From Chiloscyllium plagiosum (taxonomy: Eukaryota), in assembly GCF_004010195.1 (NCBI RefSeq), contig NW_025215364.1:109700-130236 (forward strand): a stretch of DNA of 20,537 bases, written 5' to 3'. Positions 1 through 10,469 of this stretch are shown one piece after another. Made by a program: the position numbers and the translations under genes. Each line of letters starts with the position of its first letter. The first letter of the stretch is position 1. The notes below the pieces were generated by a model. It searched no databases and had not been told where the DNA came from. It worked only from the letters and a program-made list of their open reading frames with translations.

Positions 1-170
1 ACTGAAGCAGGCCATTCAGCCCATCAAGAGTTTTAAACAGGAACAGAATGAAGCCATTCAGCTATTGGAGGCTGTTACTCAGCGATTGGAGCAGACCTTT
101 TAATCTCTCATACCTACACAGGAATTGGAAGGGAACATTCAATCTTTCAAAGCTGCTACACAGGCAATCG
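1..170. repeat. Degenerate tandem copies of a CR1/SINE-tail-like motif (GCAGGCCATTCAGCCC type)
   Basis: gaagcaggccattcagccc (4-22), gaagccattcagct (50-63) and recurring acagga/acaggc; resembles the antisense CR1/SINE tail motif also seen near 8700-8730 and 10705-10730. Confidence 0.45.
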
Positions 171-279
171 GGGAGGATGGGTTACTAAGCCAGGAGCAGG
201 GATAAATGGGGATAAATTCGTCTTTATCAGTTGATGTGGTTGGTTGGTTGGTGGAGGAGGTGAGGGTGGTTTGAGCCTT

Positions 280-1480
280 TTATTGGGTGGCCACCCTTTC
301 TTTCTCTGCGGAGACCCGAAGACAACAGGAATGGCTGCCTACTTCTGAATGAAGAGGCTGTGGCTGCTGCCAGTACAGTGGGTATTCACCAACATGACTT
401 ACTGCGCATGGGCACACTGTAACATTAATGGAGTGAGAGACGGAGGGTCCAATCACAAGAATGAAAACTAAAGGCATGTCCAGATTAACTGTAATGATTA
501 TATATACCACATTCTCAATCCACCTCACAGAACCAGACCAGACACCATAAACCCAGAGGAGATATCTGTTCACCGTGGAACACTGTGTAGATCAGGCTAG
601 TGTACTGCTCAGTACAACCCAGCATTCTGGACAGGTGGAACACCGTGCAGATTCATCCATTGCACTGGTCAATACAATCCGGCAACTTGTCCAGAGTGAA
701 ACACTGTACAGATCAGACCAGAGCATTGATCTGTAAACCCGGACTACGTATACAGCCCAGCACGGGGAGCTACGCAGACCTCAGCAGTGCATTGATCTAC
801 AATCTCAGTCTAGCTATCTGTGCGGCACGGGGGGGCTATGGAGACCACAGCAATGCGTTGATTTATAAAACTCAGCCAGGTATTCTGACCAGCACAGGGA
901 GGTGTACAGTGATCCCTGGTGAATTTAACTATAAACCAGGAGTAGTTACCCTCCCAACATGTTGACCTGTGTACCCCCACCCCAGTTCATTGCTCAGTAA
1001 CACTGTTTTCGATCATTGCCCCGCGTGGGGAAACTTGCAGCCCATGCTGGAAGTGACAAGATGTCCAACTCACCGCCAGAGTGAAATGGTGGAGGAATCA
1101 GTTTAAGTATCATCACATGGGAGGGATTTGGGGTATACACAGAGAGAGGAAGATCGAAAGACCTGTCATAGAAGAATGTGTTTCTGAAGTCGGAAATGTA
1201 GACATTTTGATTGCATCCTGAAACATGAGCCAGTATTCATTGAGTGTGACAGAGACTGCACGAGGCTGAGCTAGTTTCCTGGTGCTATCTTATTGAACTC
1301 ACCTCATTAACTTCCCACCCCGCCCCATGGTGTCCTTCTCATTCAATGCCAGTCTGATTCTCCCACCCATCATGGCTGGAGGTACTCACCATGGCATGGC
1401 AGATAAGGGGCAATTACACCACGGTTTGTTGACAGGGGCACGGAGGTCCTGGTGGATGGGCTAGTACAGAGGGGAACCAT
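280..1480 (-). other. Weak candidate two-exon unit (exons about 1480-1390 and 416-280), unknown 75-aa product
   Basis: Donor G|GTGAGT at 1389, acceptor ccctccgtctctcactccattaatgttacAG at 417, phase-compatible, AATAAA (284-279) overlapping the stop; no recognised homology. Confidence 0.2.
575..960. repeat. Degenerate 60-66 bp tandem repeat, about 6 units
   Basis: gtggaacac/gtgaaacac at 575, 635, 696 (period 60-61); gcattgatct/gcgttgattt at 723, 789, 855 (period 66). Confidence 0.7.
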
Positions 1481-1745
1481 TCTCTTCCTAGAGGGGGCCA
1501 CACCACCAGACCCACTGAGTATGGTCTGAGCTCCCCACCCAGTTCAGTGCAGTATCTGTGGTCAGAGGAAATGTCCAGCAATACAGGACAAGCATCAATA
1601 ACCTTCCCCGCTCTGTCAGAATAAGTCTCACTGTATTCTCTCTGCTCCCTCACACTAACTGTATATATGTTATAGAACGTACCCCAGTACAAGGCTCACG
1701 CTCCACCACTCTTACTACTGCATGCAGCACCTTCCCAATCTATCA

Positions 1746-1905
1746 CTCTCTGTCTCTCTCGCTCAGTCTCGCTCTCTCACTCCCTTTCCGTCTCTCGCTC
1801 TCAGTCACCCAATCTCTCTCTCTCTGTCTCTGTTTCTCTGTCTCTGTCTCTGTCTGTCTCTCTCTGTCTCTCGCAAGTCTCTGTCTCTGTCTCTCTCTTT
1901 CTCTT
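1746..1905. repeat. (TC)n/(TCTCTG)n pyrimidine-rich compound microsatellite
   Basis: Direct inspection; it produces the SLSL/CLCL low-complexity ORFs 1558-1956 and 1722-2165. Confidence 0.92.
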
Positions 1906-2605
1906 CATATACCACCCAAAATCATAACACTGTATCGATACATCACAGTGGAGTGACGCTTCATAGACTTCTTACCATTCCCCTCCCCCCACCTGCACCA
2001 GAACTGACAGCAGTGACACCCACTCCCACCCCCCTCACTCCCTCCCTTTCTACCATTCCAGGAGAAACAGCTTGGAATCGGACAGAAAGGGCCAAGCCTG
2101 GTGCCCAGTATCCATTCCATCACACCCACCCTCACCCCTGCCATGTGTGGAGGATCCTGGTATGAACTGGAGTGGACTGGGACGCCTCTTATGGAGGTTG
2201 TGAAACTTCTACATCCTACCAACCGAGTAAAGAGCAATGCTCAGTGGAGGGCAATTCTCACTTTAAACCCACTGGCAGTTCCGTTTCCCCGACACAACTT
2301 CGAAGCCGTGGCCCTAATGCCATCTCCCTTTTGTGTCGAACTGTTATAAATGTAATCCCCACGGTGTCGGTGGGCAGGAGGGTGGGTTCACAACACATCG
2401 TCACCATCACCTCCCAGGAAGGGAGCACGGAGGGGCCCTCCTACACCTCCTCCTGCAATCACCTCCTGTAAACTAATCTGTGATATTTTCTGCTCTCCCC
2501 ACTTGTCCTGAGTTCTTCAATAATCTGTGCTCATATACACCCAGGGGCCCCTGCTCCTGCATCGACTTTATAACGGTACAGACTGTTTTATATTGTGTTC
2601 TAAAG

Positions 2606-2760
2606 TCCTTCCCACCAAAGTACATCATCTCACATTACTCTGCATTGATTCCTATCTCCCATAAACCTGAACACTACACAAACAGGTCACTGACGTTTTG
2701 TATTTCCACACTGTCCTCCAGAAACGTTATAAGTCTTCCAGGTTTGGTGCCATCTACTTG
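2606..2760 (-). mobile_element. Old, short CR1 ORF2 fragment
   Basis: ccaaagtacatcatctcacattactctgcattgattcc is a diverged antisense match to the 'WQMEFNxxKCEVxHFG' segment present in the younger CR1 copies (e.g. 4236-4280). Confidence 0.55.
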
Positions 2761-3208
2761 CATTGATTTGGAGCTGGCTGTTTTGGAATGGGGTGTACAA
2801 ATTTAAAAAAGAACTGGTGCTTTATAATTTTTAACTTTGTACACACGTTGAGATTTTCGCAGAGTCACAGGACCACGGAACAACTGGAATCCTGCCACAC
2901 TCATTCGTGTGAGCACGTTAATACTGATATAATGGCACAGAGTTAGTCAAATAATGACATGCTGTCAACGGAGCAACAGAAAGCCTGACATCCGCCAGAG
3001 AGATCGAATGACGAAGCACAAAGAAAGAGGAATCATCATAGGCTCCCTTTATCTGCATATCCTCAGTGTGTTTGTGTGTCTGCGTTGAGTAGTTCTGACA
3101 GCCTGTGTTTTTTAAACCGATGCAGTATCACCCTCTGCTGACCTCCCCACGCCTCTGCAGAAGGTGAAAAGCAAAGGGGATTCATTCAGGGGTGGGGGGA
3201 GGCAGCAG

Positions 3209-3624
3209 CTCACATCACCATCCAACTGATGTACTGATCTAAATATCTTTTAAACTTTGCATCTGTACCCGCTTTCACCACTTCCACTGGAAGTTCATTC
3301 CACACACAAACCACCCTCTGGGTAAAAAAGTTGCTTTTTATGTCTTTTTGAAACATTTCTCCTCTCATCGTAAAATATCCCCCTAGTCTTGAATATCCCA
3401 TCCTAATTAAAAGAGAACACCTAATAATCTTATCTGGACCTCTTATCATTTTATAAGTTCTATGAACCCTCGAGCTTCTCCTGAACAGCATAACTAGTCT
3501 ACTTTTATAACTCAACCCCTCCATTCCTGGCAACATGCTGGTAAATCTCTTCTGAACCCTCTACAGCTCAATAATACCCTGCCTATAACAGGGTAACCAG
3601 AACTGGATACAGTATTCCAGAAGA
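3209..3624 (-). mobile_element. CR1 LINE 3' ORF2 fragment, part 1 (interrupted; continues at 5057-5147)
   Basis: ORF 3210-3536 MLPGMEGLSY...FFTQRVVCVWNELP...KFKRYLDQY is the CR1 ORF2 C-terminus. Confidence 0.9.
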
Positions 3625-5055
3625 ATACCATTATTTCAGAAAGGTGATAGCGACAAGCCAGGGAACTGGAGACCGATGAGCTTCAAGTCAGTGGTGGGCA
3701 AGTTGTTAGAGGGAATCCTAAGGGACAGGATGTACATGTATTTGGAAAGATGAGGACTGATTAGGGGGAGTCAACATGAGTTTGTGCATGGGAAATCATG
3801 TTTCAAGAACTTATTTGAATGTTTTGAAGAAGTAACAAAGAGGATTGATGAGGGTAGAGCAATGGACTTAATCTTTATGGACTTCACTAAGGTGTTCACA
3901 AGGTTCCCAATGGGAGACTGGTTAGCAAGGTTAGATCTCATGCAATACAGGGAGAACTAGCCATTTGGAGAGAGTACTGGCACGAAGGTAGAAGACAGAG
4001 GGTGGTGGTGGAGGGTTGTTTTTCAGACTGGAGGCCTGTGCCCAGTGGATTGACACAAGGATTAGTGCTGGGTCTACTACTTTTAGATATTTATATAAAT
4101 GATTTGGATATGAACCTAGGAGGTATTGTTAGTACGTTTGCAGATGACACCAAAATTGGACGTGGAGTGGACAGCAAAGAAGGTTACCTCAGATTACAAC
4201 GGAATATTGATCAGATGAGCCAATGGGCTGAGGAGTGGCAGATGGAGTTTAATTTAGATAAATGTAAGGTGCTGCATTTTAGAAAAGCAAATTTTAGCAG
4301 GACTTATAATGGTAAGGTCTTAGGGAGTGTTGCTGAACAAAGAGACCTTGGAGTGCAGGTTCACAGCTCCTTGAAAGTGGAGTCGCAGGTAGATAGGATA
4401 ATGAAGAGAGTGTTTGGTATGCTTTCCTTTATTGGTCAGAGTATTGAGTACAGGAGTTGGGAGATAATGCTGCGGCTGTACAGAATGTTGGTAAGGCCAC
4501 TTTTGGAATATTGCATGTAATTCTGGTCTCCTTCCTATTAGAAAGATGTTGTGAAACTTGAAAGGGGTCAGAAAATATGTACAAGGATTTTGCCAGGTTT
4601 GGAGGATTTGAGCTGTAGGGAGAGGCTGAACAGGCTGGGGCTGTTTTCCTTGGAGCGTTCAAGGATGAGGGGTGAATTTATATAGGTTTACAAAATTATG
4701 AGAGGGCATGGATTGGATCAATAGACAAAATCTTTTCCCTGGAGTGGGAAGCCCAGAACTCGAGGGCATAGTTTTAAGGTTGAGAGGAAAACGATATAAA
4801 AGGGCCCTAAGGGGCAACGTTTTCACACAAATGGGGATATATGTGTGGAATGAGCTGCCAGAGAAAGTGGTGGCAGCTGGTACAGTTGCAACATTTAAAA
4901 GCATCGGGAAGGGTAAATGAATAGGAAAGGTTTAGAGGGATAAGGGCCATGTGCTGGTAAATGGGACTAACTTAGGTTGGAATATCTGGTCGGCATGGAC
5001 CAGTTGGACCGAAGGTTCTGTTTCCATGTTATACATCTCTGTGACCCGATGACTC
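3625..5055 (+). mobile_element. 5'-truncated CR1 (HER1-like) LINE: decayed RT domain, ORF2 C-terminus and 3' tail
   Basis: GLTQGLVLG, YINDLD, FADDTK, WQMEFNLDKCKVLHF, RPLLEYC, VWNELPE; tail ggaccgaaggttctgtttccatg with degenerate (tgactc) repeat; stops and frameshifts. Confidence 0.95.
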
Positions 5056-5056
5056 A

Positions 5057-5147
5057 AAGAGGCCTCGCCAATGTTCTGTACAACCTCAACATGACGTCCC
5101 AACTTCTATTCCCAAAGCACTCATAAATGAAGGTAAGCGTGGTAAAT
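5057..5147 (-). mobile_element. CR1 fragment, part 2 of the 3209-3624 element
   Basis: Antisense encodes ..NRSWDVMLRLYRTLARP.., which joins directly to LEYCIQF at about 3600-3620 once 3625-5056 is removed. Confidence 0.82.
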
Positions 5148-6780
5148 AAGGGAAACAATAAACGTCTGGGAACTATAACCAGTAAGCCAAACATCCATGG
5201 TAGTTAGGTTACTTGAGAAGATTCTAGGGGATTAGATATACATGCATTTGGAAGGACAGGATTGAATTGGGAAAAGTTATTATTATTTTAATAACAATTG
5301 TTAATAATTGTTATTAAACTGGAAAGATTGCATGACTTTGTCAGTGGGAGACCATGTCTCACAAATTTGTTTGAGTTATTTGATGAATTGACCAGGAAGG
5401 TTGATGAGGTCAGGGCTGTAGCCATAGTCTGTATGGTTTTCAGTAAGGCCTTTGATACGGTTCCCGTTGATAGACTGAATGGAAGGTTCAAATGCATGAA
5501 ATCCAGGGAGAGTTGGCAAATTGGATACACAATTGGCTTGATGGTGTGATGCAGAGGGAAATAGTGGAAGGATAAACGCAAATTAAAGTGGATGCTGGAA
5601 TCTGAAACCAAAAGAGAAGATGCTGGAAAATCTCAGCAGGTCTGGCAGCATCTGTATGAAGAGAAAACAGCTGACGATTCGAGTCTAACTGACCCTTTGT
5701 GGGACTTTGTGGAAGGATGTTTGTGGGACTGGAGGCCTTTGAATAGTGGTATGCCACAGGGGTCAGTGCTAGGCCCATTGCTGTTTGCTATCTATATCAA
5801 TGACACTGTTGAGAATGTACAAGACATGATTAGTAAATTTGCTGATGATGCTAAAATACGTGGTATTGTGGACAGTGAGGGAAGTTTACAGAAATTGCAG
5901 CAGGACCTTGATTAGCTAGGGAAGTGAACCGAGAACTACGAAATGGAGTTTAATGTAGTTAAGTGTGAGTTTGCATTTTGGAAAGCCATATCAAGGTAGG
6001 ATTTCATGGTGAATGGCAGGGCTGTAAGGAGTGTAGTGGAACAGAGGGCCTTTGGAGATCAGGTGCACTGTTCTCTGAAAGTGGAGTCACAGGTAGACAG
6101 GACAGTGGAGAAGGCTTTTGGCACACTGGAATTCATCAGTCAGGGCATTGAGTATAGAAGTTGGAAAGTAATGTTGCAGTTGTACAGTACCTTGGTGAGG
6201 CCACATTTGTAGTGCTGTGTTGAGTTTTGGTCACATTGATAAAGGAAGGATGTTATTAAACTAGAAATATTGCAGAATAAATTTAAAATGATATTTCCAG
6301 GACCAAATTGTCTGAATTACAGGGAGAGGTTGGAAAAGCTAGGACATTTTTCTTTAGAGCTTAGGAGCTTGAGTCGGGGAGCGGGGGGGGGGGGGGGGGG
6401 AGTGGTCTTTAAAAAACTGCGCAAGATCATAAGAAACATAGATTAAAGTGAAATCACCATTCTTTCCCACAGTTGGGAAGTCAAGAACCCGAGGGAATCA
6501 GTTAAAGGTTAAAGGGGAACAAAAAAAAGGAACCTTGAGGGGCAACTTTTTTCACACAAAGGGTGGTACGCATATGGAATGAGCTGCTAGCGGAAGTAGT
6601 TGAAGAATTTACGTTAACGATATTTAAAAGGCATTTAGAAAAGTACATGGATAGGGAAGGATAGAAAGCATGTGGGCCAAGTGCAGAGAAATGGAGTAAA
6701 TGTGGATGGACATTTGGGTCAGCATGGACCAGTGTGGAGCAAAGAGCTTATCTCCGTGCTATATGACACTGTGACTGTAC
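5148..6780 (+). mobile_element. 5'-truncated decayed CR1 LINE carrying two internal insertions and a G18 run (6383-6400)
   Basis: HDFVSGRPCLTNLFE, FSKAFDTVP, GMPQGSVLGPLLF, FADDAK, YSTLVRPHL, tggaatgagctg; 3' UTR ends ..gctatatgacactgtgact. Confidence 0.93.
5574..5708 (-). mobile_element. Short PLE 3'-terminus (pLTR)-type insertion with partial hammerhead remnant; 10-bp TSD
   Basis: TSD gtggaaggat at 5564-5573 and 5709-5718; shares gatgctgga...cagcaggtc(t/a)ggcagc with the inserts at 13795 and 20253; minus strand reads GGGUC-aguua-GACUC-GAAU-CGUC (stem II plus mutated GAAA). PLE assignment is from recalled family sequence. Confidence 0.75.
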
Positions 6781-6906
6781 ATGTAGAATACCATTTGGGC
6801 TAAACTCTCATTTTTCCTTTTGTCATGGAGTTTGAATAACATTTCAACAAAGTTCATTCAAGTTACCATTGCAGAGAGTTGATTTTCAGTTTGTTATCTG
6901 ACATAC

Positions 6907-6908
<2 letters not shown>

Positions 6909-6992
<84 letters not shown>
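6909..6992. repeat. (GT)42 microsatellite
   Basis: Uninterrupted GT dinucleotide run. Confidence 0.98.
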
Positions 6993-6993
<1 letters not shown>

Positions 6994-7127
6994 CCACAGT
7001 ATTTTACAAAGGGAAATATCAATGTATACATTTGCAATATCCAGCCGTCTTTCTTCTTTCCATCATAGTTTGAGTAACTTTGTTTTGGCCATAAACGTGT
7101 TGTTTTAACAGGTTAAAGAAATCTGAC

Positions 7128-8360
7128 TTGTTGGAGGGGATTCTGAGGGATAGGGTTCAAATACATTTAGAAAGACAAGGACTGAATAGGGATGGTCAAC
7201 GTGGCTTTGTGAGATGGAAATTGTGTCTTATTAACGTGATTGAGTATTTTGAAGAGGTGGCAAAGAAGATTGAGGAAGGCAATGTGGTAAACATTGCTTA
7301 CACAGACTTTAGCAAGGCATTTAATAATGTTCCACATCATAGACAGATTATTAATGTTAGGTCACATGGAATCCAGAGAAATCTAGCCAATTGGATACAA
7401 AATTGGAAGATAATGGGTTGTTTTCCAGTCTGGAGGCCTGTGCCAAGTGGTGTGCTGAAAGAATCAGTACTGAGCTCACTGCTTTTCAACATGTATATAA
7501 ACGACTTGGATGAGAATTTCGGAGGCCTGGTTAGTAAGTTTAAGATAACATCAACAACGTGGGGTGGTGGACAGTGAAGGAGATTATCTCATCAAAGGGC
7601 CGAGGATTGGCAGATAGAATTTAATTTATATATTTATGAGGTTTTGCATTTGGTAAGTTAAAGCAGGGTAGTGCCCCGGGGAATGTTGCTGAACAAAGAA
7701 ACCGACAAGTGAAAGTTCATAGTTCCTTGAAAGTGGAGTTGCAGATAGAGAGGATGGTGAAGAATACTTTCGCACACTTGCCTTAATCGCTCAGAACATT
7801 GAGAATAGGAGTAAAAGGACGTTGGTGAGGCCACTTTAAGAATACTGTGCACAATTCAGTTGGCTTTGCTCATAGCAGGATGGTGAGAGGGCGCAGAAAA
7901 GATTTACAAGGATTTTCAAGTACTGGAGCGTTTAAGCTTCAGGGAGAGGATGAACAGGTTGAGGCTTTTTCCCCTGGACAGTCAGAGGCTGAGCGTTGAC
8001 ATGAAAGTGTTTATGAATCATGGATAGTCTGAATGTCCAAGTTCTTTTACCCAGGGTAAGGAAGTCCAGAACTAGACAGCACAGGGTTAAGGAGAGAGGA
8101 AAAAAATTATAATGGACCTGAGGGGTAAATTCCACACAGAAGGTGGTATGTGTATGGAAAGTGATGTCAGAAAACGTGGTGATAGCGTGTATAATTACAC
8201 ATTTAAAATATCTCTGGATAGGTATATAAATAGAGATGGTTCAGAGGGATATGGACCAAATGATGGCAAATGGGATTAGATCAGATTGGTTTATCTTGTC
8301 AGCTTGGGCAAGCTGGAATAAAGGAGCTGCTTCTATGCTGTATGACTGTCTGATTCTCTC
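7128..8360 (+). mobile_element. 5'-truncated, heavily decayed CR1 LINE
   Basis: ORF 7128-7577: QRGFVRWKLCLIN, DFSKAFNNVPH, YINDLDE; C-terminal tgtgtatggaa segment and tail ..ctatgctgtatgact; several internal deletions. Confidence 0.92.
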
Positions 8361-9019
8361 AGAGGAATAAGTAGAAATTCTAAAATGTGCCATTTGAATG
8401 GGAATTATCTTCCCCAGAAGTTTTGTTTACATTTGTTTCTTTGTTGACATTTATTCAAAGCAGAGTTAGTTAAATATTTCATGAAGGAGTGAGTCACAGA
8501 TAATGTGATGCAGACAAGAAAGTCGGGCTGAGACCACAACCTGATCAGCCACAATCTTAGTGCCTGGTGGAGAAGGCTCAACGTGTCCAATGACCCACTC
8601 CTGGTCCTCAGTCCCCTGTTTCTGTGTTCCATGCAGCCGCTCAAACCTGCTGGATACGAGCAAGTTGGAGGCCACTTACTACTATCACCTGATGCACAGA
8701 AACCAGAGGAGACCATTCAGCCCCTCAAGACAGTCACACATGGCTTGTCATCACCCAGAGTTGGCTCAGAAAATCCTCTGAATCCCCTGACTGCAACATT
8801 CAATAGCAGACCTTCCAGGAAAATAACACCCACTAACTTTCCAATAACACAATGTGCGAACATCAGAAACAGTAGCATGTCGTTCACTCTTCAAGCCTGC
8901 CTTGCCCTCCACTAAGATCATGGCTGATCTGCTCTTGGTCTCAAATCCTCGTTAATGCTCGATTCTTCATAGCCCTCGCCTCTCTGATAGGTTAGAATCC
9001 ATCTATCCCTCTTCAAATA

Positions 9020-9345
9020 GATTAGATTAGATTAGATTAGATTACTTTACAGTGTGGAAACAGGCCCTTCGGCCCAACAAGTCCACACCAACCCGCCGAA
9101 GCGCAACCCACCCATACCCCTACATTTGCCCCTTAGCTAACACTACGGGCAATTTAGCATGGCCAATTCACCTGACACTGCAGATCTTTGGACTGTGGGA
9201 GGAAACCAGAGCACCCGGAGGAAACCCACGCAGACACGGGGAGAACGTGCAAACTCCACACAGTCAGTCGCCTGAGTCGGGAATGGAACCCGGGTCTCTG
9301 GCGCTGTGAGGCAGCAGTGCTAACCACTGTGCCACGGTGCCGCCC
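9020..9345 (-). mobile_element. Full-length HE1-like tRNA-derived SINE with (TCTAA)n tail
   Basis: Minus strand starts GGGCGGCACCGTGGCACAGTGGTTAGCAC (A box), GGTTCCATTCCC (B box), CR1-like tail GGGCCGAAGGGCCTGTTTCC, about 5 TCTAA units; duplication caaata at 9014-9019 and 9345-9350. Confidence 0.93.
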
Positions 9346-9355
9346 AAATACTTTC

Positions 9356-10316
9356 ATAGATCATACAACATGGAACAGTACAGCACAGTATAGGTCCTTT
9401 GGCCCTCAATGTTGCACCGACCGTTTATCCTACTCTCAGATCAGACTAACCTACATACCCAAATTGTACTATTTTCCATGTGCCTATCAAGAGTCTCTTC
9501 AATGTCCCGATTGTATCTGACTCCAATATAATTGCTGGCAGTACATTCCACGCACCCACCATTCTCTGCGTAAAGGGCTAACATCTTCCCTAAACCTTCC
9601 TCCAAATGATTCCCCCCCCCCCCCCTTGTGATAGCCATTTCTGCCCTTGGAAAATGTCACCGTATCTATGCCTCTCAACATCTTGTACACCTCCACCAAT
9701 CACCTCTCATCCTTCTTCCCCCCCAAATGAGAAAAGACTTGCTCCTTTCTTCTTAAGACCTGCCCTCCATTCCAAGCAGCATCCTGGTTAATTTCCTCTC
9801 CACCCTTTCTAAAGCTTCCACATTCTCCCTATAACAAGTTGACCTGAAAGGAGCACAATATTCGAAGTGCGGTCTAACCATGGCTCTATAGAGCTGCAGC
9901 ATAACGTCGTGGCTCTTAAACTCAATCCCGCTAATAATGAAAGCCAACAGCCCTATTCAACCTGGTTAGTAACTTTGAGGGATCTATGGACATGGATTGC
10001 AAGATCCCTCTGTTCCTCTACACTGCCAAGAATCCTACATTTAATCCTGCATTCTGCACTCACATTCGAGCTTGCAAACAGAATCACTTCAGACTTTTCC
10101 AGTTTGAACTCCACTTGTCACTTCACAGCCCAGCTATGCATTCTGTCAATGACCCATTGCAATCTACAACGGCCCTCCACACTCTGTACCACTCCACCAA
10201 CCTTTCGGTCATCGGCAAACTTCCTAACACACTCTTCCCCTTCCTCATCCAAGTCATTTATAAAAATCACAAAGGACAGAAGACCCAGAACCAATTCCTG
10301 GAGAACACCACAGGTT
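9356..10316 (-). mobile_element. 5'-truncated CR1 LINE (end of RT to 3' tail), with C14 run at 9612-9625
   Basis: GVLQELVLG, FINDLDE, KFADDRK, YRAMVRPHFEYC, VEVYKMLRGID; tail antisense catagatcatacaacatggaacagtacagcacag. Confidence 0.93.
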
Positions 10317-10469
10317 CCTTTAAGTGATCTAACTCCCCTAACTCTCAGTGTAAGTGAATTCCTGACATTCACTACTCTCTGTCTGAAGAAGACATTCTCT
10401 TCTTCTACACCATGACCTATTGATATAAACAAAAGAGGGAACACAGGGGCTCAGATCAGAGAGACTGGC

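Larger units (their letters stand above)
8865..10410 (-). mobile_element. Old CR1 3' end split by two younger insertions (own sequence about 8865-9019, 9346-9355, 10318-10410)
   Basis: aagatcatggctgatct tail motif (8914-8930); 10318-10410 antisense encodes FFRQRVVNVRNSL, the segment that should adjoin the 3' UTR piece. Confidence 0.7.

Noticed and set aside
575..960. CRISPR-like regular spacing
   Set aside because: Whole units are similar and degenerate, with no constant repeat plus unique spacer, no cas genes, and a vertebrate context.
1943..1985. CACAGTG as a V(D)J recombination heptamer (also CACTGTG at 581 and 6767)
   Set aside because: No nonamer at 12 or 23 bp and no V/J-like coding sequence.
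1558..2165. Ser/Leu/Cys-rich ORFs 1558-1956 and 1722-2165
   Set aside because: Translations of the (TC)n/(TCTCTG)n microsatellite.
5671..5700. Plus-strand CTGACGA followed by a hairpin, as a hammerhead
   Set aside because: No GAAA after the stem; it is the antisense of the mutated minus-strand remnant.
6383..6400. G18 run (and C14 at 9612-9625) as functional G-quadruplexes
   Set aside because: Homopolymer expansions inside dead CR1 copies; lengths may also be sequencing-sensitive.
6879..7108. VCVC-repeat ORFs
   Set aside because: Produced by the (GT)42 run.
9270..9345. tRNA-like sequence (also 12182-12250)
   Set aside because: SINE head with A/B boxes that continues into SINE body and tail; not a tRNA gene.
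10118..10444. 108-aa ORF as a novel fusion gene
   Set aside because: Chance in-frame junction of two decayed CR1 pieces.
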